A stretch of DNA of 63,519 bases, filler included, from Octopus bimaculoides (GCF_001194135.2; 9 parts of 9 records of this genome joined end to end with filler, not necessarily neighbours in it); one strand, 5' to 3'; positions 27,445 through 40,844 are shown, counted from the whole stretch's first letter. The notes: generated from the sequence alone by a model not told the origin. A program made the numbers and translations.

Positions 27445-28639
27445 CCAAAAGCTGTCCACAATTTATGTTCAGGTCAAAGATTAAATCCAAGATATCACAA
27501 ACACGAAAAGGGTTTATCGTATTTACTACTGCAACTTGAGACAAAGACAGCCAGGGTGAGATTTGAATACAAAATCAAAAGGTACATACAAGGGTTTGCT
27601 GAAGAAAAGTCCCTGGTTTTGGGTAAAAGAAAAGACAAGAGAATCAGTTAATTATCATTTTATTCAACCTATTCCTTCAGTGGTCCTTCAGTTTTCCTAA
27701 GTCCTGTAAAAGAACTCAAAATGTTGGGTTTCCAATCAGGCCTTTTCTAATCCTTGAAGCCAGGAACTTTCAGCACCCCCTCCCCCATAGTTAATTCCTG
27801 CAATATGTATGGGATTGCTGACCTGGCCTCTCGTGTATTTTTTTCAAGGTGGGAAATCAATTTCTATGCAAACAGGAAGTATCTTATTTTCAGGTAATTC
27901 TTTTTCTTCCTTTCTTTTCGTTATTACCTTAATTTCATTAACGATGACCTAAACGAATATTGGATTTGATTATAAAAGGATGGCCTTGCTCTGTACCTCT
28001 TTTGTTAATGGATGTGCTTAAACACTTTGTTAAAGATAAAATACATGGAAACTCTCTCTCTCTCTAGAGAGAGAGAGAGAGAGTGCCAATAATAAATTTA
28101 TGGAATTCAGCATTCAAAAAACTGCTGAGTTAACAATGGGAAGGAGGGAGTGTGTAACTTGCTATGGAATATAATTACACGGATGAAATAGAAATAAATG
28201 ACAATCAATCATCATCACCATCATCATTTAACGTCCGTTGTCCATGCTGGCATGGGTATATCTTTATAATCAGAAAATTTAAAGGCATTTTAGGATTAGA
28301 GAGTATTAAGCTTATTAATTTAATTATTCAGTGAGCTGTTGCAGTTGTAGTATTAAGTGCAGGTGTTAGCATTGGACAAACACAGAACATGATGCTGGAT
28401 ATTATGGTAAAATACGGCAGTCCCTATCCATGGCTGAAAATGTGAAGGTGACTAATGTGAAGGTTGAGTAATGCATAATGAATGAAAGAAGACATCTAGA
28501 TTTATATGTTATAAAGATTGGAGAAATGTTTTTTTCCAGTAAGGTGTAACTTCCAGTCTAGATGGGAATATTATTTACAATGAAGCACTGCTAGAAAGAG
28601 AGCAAGAAATAAAAGAAATATGCTACCATTTTGAGACAG

Positions 28640-28830
28640 TAGTAGTAGTTGTCATCATTGTCGTTGTCATAGAAGTAGTAGTAGTAGTAGTGGTCGTCAT
28701 TGTGGTCATAGCAGTAGAAGTTGTAGAAGTAGGTGTAGTAGTATCAGCAGTAGTTGTTGTTGTCCTCATCATTCTCATCATAGTAGCAGAAGTAGTAGTT
28801 GTAGTAGTAGTAGTAGCAGAAGTAGTATGG
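28640..28830. repeat. Degenerate (GTA/GTT)n low-complexity repeat
   Basis: Direct inspection. A similar degenerate (GTT)n tract lies at 4880-5160. Confidence 0.85.
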
Positions 28831-31450
28831 GAGAGTGCCCTGTATCAGTGTAGTGCTGCATCCACCATTAGTTGGTGATTCCCTCCTATTCCTGGAAGAC
28901 GACACCTTTGCACTGCTCAGGTGACAACCCTCCAACCGATGGACCTGTTTTGGGTAGTCATTGCTGGTGAGGGTTTTATGAGGCTGGAGTGCAAATCTCC
29001 TGTCTCACCTATTATGACATGCAGAAGAAATGTTGGGTCTATTCTTTGAGACAGACACAAAGAATCTAATTGACAGGCTCCCTCTCCAAAAATTTCGGGC
29101 CTTGTGCCTAGAGTAGAAAAGAATATTTTTTTTACATCTATCACACCATTTTGGTTACCCCATTATCATCTCACTTTTCTTCAACACCCCACTGGGTCAT
29201 TCCATCACCCCCAAGGGTGTAGTACTGAGTGCTGCAACGACAAAGAGTGCTCCAGTCTCTATAGAGATCTGTGTTGAAAATAGAGGTTGTATAGTAGTAA
29301 TAACATAAGACCGAAAGATTACTGGAAAACAAACAAGTGAAACTCATCTGGAATTTTAATAGTCAAACAGACTCGACCATGAAATCTAAATGATTGGAGA
29401 TGCTCGATGTTGATAAAGAAACAAACCAGTGTTCTATAATCAACTTTGTTATTACTGGTGATCATAATTTTGTTAAAAGGAAAAAAAAAAAAATGAGATA
29501 ATTGATAATTACTCTGAACTGAAGTCAGTGCTCTCACGAGTGTGTAGGAGGCCAAGTGAGATACCAGCAGTTGTAGGAATTCTAAGTTTAATTCCAATTC
29601 ATCCTCAACCAAACTAAACATAAAAACAAGAGTCAATGCTACAAATTGGTGATATTTTACGGAAAGTTCTTTCATATTTGAATTTTCAAACCTGATTAAA
29701 AGAAATACTTATACTTCCATTAATCAACACATAATCTCTCTCAACAGACATGAGATGATGATGATGATGAGGAGGATGAGGATTTCTTTATTTTACATTA
29801 TTTTATTAGAATAATTTCTTCTATAATATTGATTTCAAAATTCATCCTTTCAGAGCTGATAAATTAAGTACCAGTTGCATACTGGAGTCAGTCTAATCGA
29901 CTGGCTCCCCCTCCCCGAAAATTGCAGGCCTTGTGCCTAGAGTAGAAAAGAATCTTCTAAGGTGGTGAACTGGCAGAATCATTAGCATGTCAGGTGAAAT
30001 GCTTGGCGGGTATTTTGTCTCTTTATGCTCTGAGTTCAAATTCCACCAAGGTTGACATTGCCTTGCATCCTTTTGGGGTTGATAAATTAAGTACCAGTTG
30101 CATACTGGGGTTGATTTAACCAATTGGCCCCTTCCCCCAACAATTTCGGGCCTTGAGCCCAGAGTAGAAAAGAATATTGATTTTGAATTTTGGCACAAGA
30201 CCTGTGATTTCAGGGAAGGGATAAAAGCAGTTACATCAACCCCACCTCCACCCCCAGTGTTCAACTTATTTTATCAGCCCCAAAAGCATGAAAAGCAAAG
30301 TCAATATTGGTGGGATTGGAACTCAGACTGTAAGAACAGATAAAATGCGAAGAAGCATTTTGCCCCGCGTGCAGACAATTCTGCCATCTTGCTTGCCTGG
30401 ATTTCTTATAAAATCCTTTCTACTGGAAGCCTCAAATTTGGGGGAAGGGATTAAGTCAATTACATCGACCCTAGTGCGTAACTGGTACTTATTTAATCAA
30501 CCCCGAAAGTCAACCTCGGTGGAATTTGAACTCAGAATGTCATGGCAGATGAAATACCACTAAACATTTCACTAAGCATGCTAACGATTCTGCCAGCTTG
30601 CCTGTCTTAATTTCTTACATCATCATCATCATCATCATCATCGTTTAACGTCCGCTTTCCATGCTAGCATGGGTTGGACGATTTGATTGAGGACTGGTGA
30701 ACCAGATGCTACACCAGGCTCCAATCTGATTTGGCAGAGTTTCTACAGCTGGATGCCCTTCCTAACGCCAGGATGCCCTTCCTAACGCCATACTAATAAT
30801 AATTGTTAGTAACTTTGGCATAAGGTCAGAGAGAATGACAGAATTATATCCACGGCAGTATTGAACTGGTTCTTCATTTTATCAATCTCTGAAGGATTGA
30901 TAAATGCAAAGCTGAACTTGATGGAGGTTCAACTTGGAATGGAAAGAGCTAGAACACACGCAGCAAGGCAGTTTCTCCCAGTGTTCTAGTGGTTCTGCTA
31001 ATTTGTTAGCTTATATGCTTCTCTGACCAAGCCATTATTAACTTTGTCAAGTACCACTTGAAGAGGAAGGTTAATGGCCTTCAATGAGTTTCATGTAAAA
31101 TGGGCGGGAGCAGTGAGACTGTTGAGATTTAATGGGCTTCGTCTGATGACGATGACAATGATGACAAATTCTAACTGGGCCCTACATGCAAGGTCATGCA
31201 TTGACTATCTTAACATGCAGTCACCATGTTGCACACGTATGGCTGTGATACATGTGCCTGGTCTACCCTTATCAGATGAGTTGTCATGACGAATACATCA
31301 GGCTTTGTATATTTGAACATCATTGTCACTTTGATGGCACACGATGTTCTCTCAATCAATAACCATTTCTAATATCTAACATTTCTGATCATGGTAATTT
31401 CTGAGATAAAATTTAAGAGAGGAATATAGTTGATTACATTCATCCGAGTT

Positions 31451-31696
31451 CATTATTTACATTTGACGGATATTTGTCCTCATCTTGTTTGTTGTTAACA
31501 CAACGTTTCGGCTGATATACCCTCCAGCCTTCATCAGGTGTCTTGGGGAAATTTCGAACCTGGGTTCTCATTCCTAAAGTATTTTACGAGTGTTGTTGTT
31601 GTTATTATTATTATTATTATTCAGGTCACTGCCTGGAATCGAACTCGGAATCTTGGGGTTAATAGCCCGCACTCTTAACCACTATGCTATATGCCC
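31451..31696 (-). mobile_element. tRNA-headed, hammerhead-tailed SINE (family H), most intact copy
   Basis: Head GGGCATATAGCATAGTGGTTAAGAGTGCGGGCTATTAACCCCAAGATTCCGAGTTCGATTCCAGGCAGTGACC (A box TAGCATAGTGG, B box GTTCGATTC), then an (AAT/AAC)n spacer, a hammerhead motif and an AT-rich tail. Confidence 0.88.
31497..31542 (-). ncRNA. Minimal type I hammerhead ribozyme motif inside SINE H
   Basis: GACAC-CUGAUGA-A-GGCUG(GAGGGUAUAU)CAGCC-GAAA-CGU-U-GUGUU. Stem I is GACAC/GUGUU, stem II is 5 bp, stem III is a loopless palindrome ACGU, and the triplet is GUU. Confidence 0.78.
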
Positions 31697-31698
31697 AT

Positions 31699-31926
31699 GG
31701 GCTAGTGGTTAAGAGCACGGGCTACTAACCTCAAGATTCCGAGTTCGATTCCAGGCAGTAACCTGAATGATAATAATAATAATAATATCAAAAAATAGCT
31801 TAGGAATGAGAACCCAGGTTCGAAATTTCCCCAAGACACCTGATGAAGGCGGGAGGGTATATCAGCTGAAATATTGTGTTAACAACAAACAAGATGGGGA
31901 CAAATATCCATCAAATGTAAATAATG
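31699..31926 (+). mobile_element. SINE H copy in head-to-head inverted orientation to 31451-31696
   Basis: Reverse complement of the neighbour, with a small 5' deletion. Its hammerhead variant at 31835-31880 has stem III AUAU and a weakened stem II. Confidence 0.88.
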
Positions 31927-32749
31927 TAAACATTTCCTCATCTCTTAAATATAGAACTGTATTATCCATAGTTTATTGAACCCAGAACGATTAAAGACAA
32001 AGTTGACTAAGATTTTAACTAAGACCATAACTGATTCTGCTAATCTAATGCATTCTGAGAATGATGATGATGATGATGATGTTCATGATGATGACGGTAG
32101 CAACAACAATAATAATCAAATAAGAGTGTCTGATTTAAGGAAAAGGTCAGCAATTTTTACTTTATTCAATCAACCGTAAAAGGATGAAAGTAAAAGTACG
32201 CAGCAGCAGGATTTTGAATCCAGGACATAAACAGAAGCACGAAACACTGCAAACCATTTCTTCTTGTGTTCTAACAAAAAAAAACAAAAAAAAAAAACAA
32301 AACAAACCTAAAAAATCACAGTGAGGTTTACCCTGAGAGCAAATTGAAAGTGAAAGCAACAAAAACAACAAACTGTTACAAAAACAGATGACAGGAGGTC
32401 ATCATCATCATCATCGTTTAATGTCCGCTTTCCATGCTGGCATGGGTTGGACAGTTTGACTAAGGACTGGCAGGCCAGAAGGCTGCACCAGGTTCCAGTC
32501 TGATCTGGCAAGGTTTCTACAGCTGGATGCCCTTCATAACGCCGAGGACAATAGAATAAATACCAGGCTTAAAAAGAATAGGTACTGAGGTCAATTCAAT
32601 CAACCAAAAATTCTTCAAGATGGTGCCCCAGAATGGCTGCAGTCTAATGACTGAAATATGTAAGGATAAAAGATAAAACAAAATGGGAGGACATATCAGG
32701 TAATTTAGGAGAAATTGTCTATTATTACTGACCTGAAAGTTCTCCAAAT

Positions 32750-33700
32750 GAGACCACTCAGACTGTCTTTACTGGCAGCCAGAAATCTTCTCAAGTCATT
32801 GTCACTCATACCTTCCACTAATCTCTGAGAGAATGCAAGAGTTATCTTTCCACTAAATGCACTGGCAACATTGCAGGTGCCAAATGTCTGACCGAAGTCT
32901 ATGCTTGATTCAAGACTGCAGTTTGCTTAAGATGACCAACTGCAGCAAGCTGCGTCATACAGAAGAGGCCCATATCCGTTCACTATGGTTGTCATAGAAA
33001 CCAGGAGTCTCTGCAGGCATCAAACTGAGCACAAGCCAGTGAATTATTAGTAAGAGCCTCCCCCACCCAAACCATCAAGAAATGTTGGCAGCAAATAGAT
33101 TTCATGACCACAATAAGTGAAACTGCTCCTGCTCCAGCCCGGTCAGATGTTCCCTGGGACACAGTATGATGGTCAGAGAGTAAGTAGGACACCACTGAGG
33201 TTATGTAGGTACCAGTCACGTCTGCCTGACCTTTCAGGGATAATTTCCTCTAAGCCCATTTCTGTATGAGGCTGGCCACTCTGGTCTTGAGATCTGATTT
33301 AAACCAGCACTTCAACTGGACCCCCCTGTCTTGTAACGAAAAAACACTGGTAGCCAGAATGGATTTGCATAACCAGGTGCTTAATGGCAAGTCAACCCAC
33401 TTATTTTGGGTCATGCATTTCCTCATTACTTCCTGATACTCTACCAATATAATGCCAACTGCCATCTGACACCAAGATAAAGATGTCAGCTGCTTATACA
33501 CACACGGCTCTAGTCTGCTTCTGTTTGTATTGGATGTCACTCGAAATTTCCAGCCGCCACAAAAATGATAGCGGCACCAAAATATACAAGAGAAAGGTGA
33601 GGGAATATCCTTGATGGACCAAGCACTCAATGTAAAAAATGTTCCAAAAGATGGTGATTTATTTTGACCATTGAACAAGTTCCAATGCACATTGTAGTGA
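32750..33700 (-). mobile_element. Possible highly degenerate LINE-derived sequence
   Basis: Higher-complexity, GC-richer tract with interrupted frames and an LYLGV-like motif; family not recognised. Confidence 0.25.
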
Positions 33701-34984
33701 AACAGACTCTGAAGATGGGGCTGAAACCAGCAGCCCTTATGACAGATGCCAAATAGCTATGGTTGACTCTCTTGCATGCTTTAGGCTGATCCAAATTGAC
33801 AAGTTCTCCCCTGTGACCATCTATGTTTAGTCCAAGTCCGCATGTATTATTTGCATTTCTCTAGGGACAGTGAAGCTGGAAATTATTATAACTTCTTTTT
33901 GTATTGCTATTGTTGTTGTGGCTGTTATTTTTATTTATTCTTTTGGGTTTTTTTCCCTCCCTGTCATATTCGTTTGTTGGTTGGCTAATGTATCTGGTTG
34001 TTATTTGTTTTGGCACTGTCAGACATTTAGATTTTACAGGTTAGTTTTTCTCGTTCCTCTTCACTCTTTTCTCTTCTTCTATCTTCTGCTATTTTTCAGA
34101 TATCTTCTAGTCATTCTTGACATCTTCCTTATTAAAGAGTGGATTACAGCTTCAGCCATTTTCTTCCTGTTGCTGGTAGGAAGACTTCTTCAAGATGTCA
34201 TTTTTGTATACCTGTAGTATTAGAAGTTTTAGTTGATGTAGCTGCTATTGTGAATGTCATTGTTGCAGAGAATGGTTATTTTTAAGAGTGCTATTTACTT
34301 CCACAGCAGGAAGTACCACCACCCCAGGGCAAACAATATCACTTGTGTTTTTAATGGCCTGCATTTTACCATTTTGGATGTTGTTGTCATTGTTGTTATA
34401 ACTGCTGCAACAAATTTCAGGATACTTCTTGTCTCTATGCTGTGACATCATGGTTGTAGAAGTTAGTGTGGCAGTGACGTCAAACCTTGTTGCCATGGCC
34501 ACAAGATTATTGTTTGTACTCAAGTAGAATGCTGCGAAACATTCAAGTCTCCTTTCCTCTCTCTTAGAATTGTCAGTGGCTTCTCTCTCACCCCACCACT
34601 CAACCATAAATACTGTGATGGAATTTCTGGGATCTATTCAGGTTTCCAAAAGAAATTAAACAATGAGAGGACCCTGTAATGTTTTTTTTTTCCCTCAAAA
34701 ACAGAAAGAAGAACGGATTACGTTTATGAATCAATGTTATTCAAATATATCTTGTATCTTTGATTTATCATCATTTACTTCTTTCAGTCGTCGGATTACA
34801 GCCATGCTGGAGCTCCATCTTCAATGTTTTAGCTGGACAAACTGACACTAGTAATTATTCTTTTAAGCTTGGCAGTTATTCTATTATTCTCTTCTGACAA
34901 ACCACTAGGTTACAGGGATGCAAAGAAACGAACATTGGTTGTCATGTGGTGGTAGCAGAGGGGACAATCACAAACAGTTACACA

Positions 34985-35048
<64 letters not shown>

Positions 35049-35789
35049 NNNNNNNNNNNNNNNNNNNNNNNNNNNNNNNNNNNNNNNNNNNNTTAATTAA
35101 TTAANNNNNNNNNNNNNNNNNNNNNNNNNNNNNNNNNNNNNNNNNNNNATACATACATACATACATACATACATACATACATACATAGCCAGACAAATGG
35201 ACGGCCGGACGGATGGATGGATGTATAAATAATGTAACATAACAGAAATGTTATTTCTCTATATTATTTTGTAAAACAGCGAATTCCTTTCGTATGTTCA
35301 TCGTGTAGAGTTATTTGCATCGAAATATTTGTTCAGAAGAACTTCGAAACGTTGAAAGAAACGGTATAGAAACTGCAACTTTTCCTAACAGAGCGCTATC
35401 AATAATACCTAATTGTAAATCCATCAACCGTTTTATTTAGTAGTCTAACTTAGTTGTAACTGCGAAGTGTGTACTGATTGCGAGCGAGTTCCACTCCAGA
35501 GGATGTAACTTCAGGTAGCTAAAATACGTTCGTGATTTCCACGCCATACAAGTGAGAAAGGATAATTCAATCAATTAAATTGTATTTCACATAATTAGCT
35601 TCGTAAATCTCCAGCGTTTTACCAGATCAGTCGAATAGATTTGATGACACTTTTCACTTCTGTAGCTCTGCTGTTGATTGAGAACAATATGCACAGTTAA
35701 CAGATATACACTTCACTGGAATAACATGTGAGATACTATTGCGTTTCGAAATTTCGACTAAGATCATGATGACTAGTACACGCAGTCTG

Positions 35790-36310
35790 AAAGCATACGC
35801 ACATGTATACATACATACATACATACATACATACATACTTACATACATGGATGCATACATGTATACATGCATACGTAAACACACATACGTACGTACATAC
35901 ATGCATGTATGTATCCATGCATTAAATGCAAACGTTACATGGATACATGCATACAAACATACAAACATAAAGCATACATATATACATACATGCATGCAGA
36001 CAAAACNNNNNNNNNNNNNNNNNNNNNNNNNNNNNNNNNNNNNNNNNNNNNNNNNNNNNNNNNNNNNNNNNNNNNNNNCATAAATACATACACACATGCA
36101 TATATACATGAATGCATACATACATATACACATGCATACATGCATACGTACATACATATGCATACATGCATAAATACATCCATGCATACATACATACATG
36201 CATATAAACATACATGCATACATACATACATGCATACGTACATGTATGTGTAGATACATGCATACATAGACACATGCATATGAATGTATATGAACACATA
36301 CATGCAATAA
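35790..36310. repeat. Complex (TACA/TGCA)n microsatellite
   Basis: Direct inspection. It explains the spurious overlapping MHVC/HTY ORFs. Confidence 0.92.
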
Positions 36311-39094
36311 AATTTAATCAAATTTCAGTTCATAATAAAAAATTTTCCTTCACCATTTTGAAAATAATGTTTTGTTATTGTATGCTTAAAAAAGTATATC
36401 GATAACTTATATAATATAATATATGGATACATGCATACATACACGCATGCGTATGTATGTATGTATATGAATACATACATGTATGCATGCATAGATACAT
36501 ACATGCACACATAGGAATAGGAAAAGGGTTGACAGTGAGGTAAAATGTTTGCCTGCCAAAGACATGGCCCTGTCACCGGTCGTACAAATGGCTTCAGCTT
36601 GACAATTCTTCGTGAATACCATTAGATGTTGTATAGTATCAGGCAGGAAAACCTTGTAACATAACATGATTAAAAAGGAATGTATATACTTAGTGTCGAG
36701 AAAAAGGTTCTCGGGGAATAGTTTACTCCTGATTACCTCCTGTACAACTGGACTGCAACTGGGTGTCAAATGCTCAGCATATCAAAGAATCCTGTGCATA
36801 GGTAAGTTTACCGAAGTGACGAAACTGCTTAACTTGATGTGTGGCATAACTTGCACCCTTGACCGAGTTATCACGTTTTTTGAAGTTGAATTAAAATGCA
36901 TGAGTAACTAACTAATGATGACAGATTAAGAGCGAAACATATATTTAACTGTATTTCGCACTAGGNNNNNNNNNNNNNNNNNNNNNNNNNNNNNNNNNNN
37001 NNNNNNNNNTTAATTAATTAANNNNNNNNNNNNNNNNNNNNNNNNNNNNNNNNNNNNNNNNNNNNTATACATGTTACACTGGACTATTGCGCCTCCACAC
37101 CCATACATATACCCAAACGTATACACACGTATGTATGTATGTATGTATGTGTGTATGTATGTATGTATGTACGTATATGTATGTATACAATTAAGATTCA
37201 GTTGAATTAGGTACTTAAATTGAGGCACCCTATTAGGTCTGAGTAACATGTATACTCAACAATATTAAGTGAATATTAAGACTTGGTGCATAAGTGCCGC
37301 CACATGATATTCTTGTAGTGCAATGCAGATAACTAGACCCAGCTGAGTGAAGAAATCCGCTCTTAGCTATTCAGACGTACTTTACATTAAAAATACTGTC
37401 TGTAACACTTACGAAGCGTAGATTCCAGGATAGCGGAATAAAATATAGGTAGGTATCTTTGTTACTCACTTATATATGTATATGTATATACACATGTGTA
37501 TATATCAGTGTATATATATAGGTTATGAGCGAAAGTGGTGTCAATTAGACCCATAGATTTCAGGTAATGCTTAGTAAGTGCTGTGGATAGACCATAGTTA
37601 AGCTCCAGATTCGGTGATTATGTGAATAAGGGGTCCAACGTAAGTCCTATATCAGCGTGCGAATATAAGGATATCCAATAAATATCCTGGAAACAGCTGT
37701 AAGACCTATTTATAAATGTTCTATATTATACACACCCTTGGTTTTTTTATCTCATTACGAAATCCTTATATATATATATATAGATATAGATATATTCAGG
37801 CATACATTCATACACACCTGCACACATACACCTGTGCATATTTACAGATATGTATATGTGTACGTACAAACAACATTCACACATTTACATAGATTCATAT
37901 GTGTGTATATGTGTGCGAGAGAGAGTGTGTGTGTGTGTGTGTGTGTGTGCGTGTGTGTAAACATTGGTTTTGAGTAATAAAGTAATGTAATGATCTTTAA
38001 AGAGTTTCAAGTTGATAATTTGAAGAATGCACTCACTACTTATTAGTTCAGCCTTCATAGTTGAATGATCTGGCGGCATTAAACTTGTGTTAAACACTTA
38101 ATCACAAAAAATAACCGTTTGAAATAGTATGCAACCATTAAATCTAACCAATAATTCATAGAATGTTTATTAGTTTCATTGTAATGAGGAGTTGAAACTC
38201 GAAATTTTCCTTCAGAATATTGCACTTCCACAAGGAGTAGGGAAAGCTGATGATACTCAACTTTATAGAGAGAGAAAATTGATGATATTGCCCGAATAAG
38301 GGTCGTTGATAGAGAATGAACGAAACACTTATGTTTTGAGAGGAGAATTATTCAAACCCTAAAGAATCTCTCTCAACGCATAGCTTGATGCTCCCCCACT
38401 ACTCCTGCTCGTGATCAGGGATGCTCATATTGTCAGCTACTAAGGGATATTCTCAAAGTGTTATAGTCAAGCAACTGACAAGCAAATCTGTGAATTGGCT
38501 ATTACACAATTCCAGACCAATATCCTCAGCATTTTTCACCGCTCGCCAATAAAGCCCATCAATCTCGCCGAATTTTGAGAATATCTTAGCGTAACATTGT
38601 GACATAACAGAATTCTCTGGGACATTGTGAAATAAAAGCATAGCCCAGAGATGCACATATTGTCAGCCATTAAGAGACATGCTCAACTGGTTAATTTTAA
38701 ACAACCGACAAGCAAATCTGTGGTATTAAGCAGAATATTTGTTGTAGCCTATCTCTTATACCAAGACAAAACAATGTACATGATAACACTTCCAATCAGT
38801 TAAGATCAGAAGCCATGAGGGCTAATACTTGAATTTTAAACCATTATAATTATTGTTGTTGCTAGAATTTCCGTAACGGCCTAAGAGACAAGTCACTGGA
38901 AAGGTTACAAGCAGCAACGAAAGAGTTTTGAAAGAGAAAAAGGAAAACAACTCCGACTGACTGTTTAACCAAGTTAATCAAACAATTGATACGCTAGTTG
39001 CCTATTTAACCAACTGACTAGTAATAAAGGAGTGGAATTGAACCAGTGCGTGTGTTAATAATATTGGCATAATGATTTTCCTTATTTGCTATTA

Positions 39095-39370
39095 TTACTT
39101 TGAATCATTATATTCATCGTCATGTATCGCAAGCCTGTAGCGCATTGATGACCCCGCAATGAAACTCTCCCCGATTAAGCGCGAGTTCTTCAGCTGCCTT
39201 GCATTCTTGTCCAATCCGCTCTTGAAATTGTCCATCCGTTGCGTGCTCTGCCTTTCTCTTGATCTACTGCCCTCTAATCTTACTTCCATGATAATGTTTT
39301 CGAAATTTCTATTACTTTGAATATGACCATAATAGGAGTGCTTTTGCTTTTTCCCAATGCTCATGAATTG
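39095..39370 (-). mobile_element. RTE-clade LINE 3' fragment
   Basis: KQKHSYYGHIQSNRNFENIIMEVRLEGSRSRERQSTQRMDN resembles the RTE C-terminal motif RKLKYFGHI...EKLIMEGKVEGKR.RGRP..RW.D. Confidence 0.7.
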
Positions 39371-39628
39371 TTGTCTTTCCATCTATATATATATGATCAT
39401 TATCCTAGACCGTTTGAAATCATTCTTCGAACTCGGAATAGTTAAAGAACATGCTGCTTTTAAAAGCCAGCGTAACGCAACTTGTACACAATTTTCGAAA
39501 AAAAAAAAAAACAATACAAAAAAAAAACAAACAAACAAAAAAAAGCAAGACCTCACAATGTTACAACTTACCTCTGCTACCATCACGTTATTGTTTGATA
39601 GAAATATTCTACTTTATAACCCCCCCCC

Positions 39629-39683
<55 letters not shown>

Positions 39684-40844
39684 TATATGCATGCATAAAG
39701 GTATATACACGCGCGCACAGTTATATACATATAAAAGAATAAATTACTACTGTGACTAACGAAAACAAATATATTCAGTTTTGCGATTGTTCCGTGTTTG
39801 ACATCTACTTGAAGACCAGCAAAATAAAATGGAAAGAAAAAGTAGATGAATATAAAATAACTCCATTTTGCTGTGAAGAGGCGAAGTGTTAAATATTTCA
39901 CTGTAAAATCTTTTTCTTTTTATTCATTTTTCTTCTGTTTACAGCAGCTGCGTTGTCACGGTGAGTTGATGATGGCAGAAATGGTTCGAAGAGAGCGAGA
40001 CAAAATTTTGTACACCTTCTGTTTCTTTTCCTCTCAATTCCAACTTTCAAATGGATGACCATCATCGTCGACAGGAAAACCTCCAGGGGCCAAGAATGTA
40101 CTGCTATCAGCTCGCTAAATTCATGTTATCCTTCCATCGAAAGATTATAGTCTTGTTTTCATTGTAATATATAATGTTTCTTCTCTGAAAATGTATATGT
40201 TTATATAGGCCAATGGTTCGACGGGGTCCAGGCAAGCAAAATAGTAAACTGGTGACTTGTAGGAGTATATAAAGGGTCCACGGGAAAAGTTTAGATACAG
40301 ATGTATTTATTACAAGAAACAGCTCGCTTTCTTTCTCAAGTATTTTACAAGTCATTGTGTGAAAAGCAAAATAGGTATTTTGAAAGAAGTATTTAGAAAA
40401 CTAGTTTTTAAACATCGAATAGAATACTAATCGAATAGAATAATAACCAGAACAGAATAGTAATCAAAGCGGTCTATAGATTTAAAAATAGTTGAGAACC
40501 ACTCTTATAGACGGTGTTTGTATGGTTAAAAGGTTCAGCTCGAGACTTAATGATTTCCTGACTAATCCTGCTGTATGACATCTTGAGCATTTGTCTTTTA
40601 TAAACCGGGTACAACCAATACTGTGTTAGTGGATTTAGTAGATGACCATTGTGAAAGCCTTTATATATANNNNNNNNNNNNNNNNNNNNNNNNNNNNNNN
40701 NNNNNNNNNNNNNNNNNNNNNNNNNNNNNNNNNNNNNNNNNNNNNNNNNNNNNNNNNNNNNNNNNNNNNNNNNNNNNNNNNNNNNNNNNNNNNNNNNNNN
40801 NNNNNNNNNNNNNNNNNNNNNNNNNNNNNNNNNNNNNNNNGTAC

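Noticed and set aside
31621-31696. Possible functional tRNA gene
   Set aside because: The acceptor and T stems are poorly paired, and it is fused to the SINE body in all three copies; it is a SINE head.
35654-36405. Stack of long overlapping ORFs
   Set aside because: Artefact of stop-free tetranucleotide microsatellites and N runs. The same applies to the poly-I/M/N/Y ORFs at 3331-4503 and to the ORFs spanning gaps.
39937-39966. Plus-strand micro-exon-like signal (tttacag|CAGCTGCGTTGTCACG|gtgagt)
   Set aside because: Isolated, with no partner exons identified; could occur by chance.
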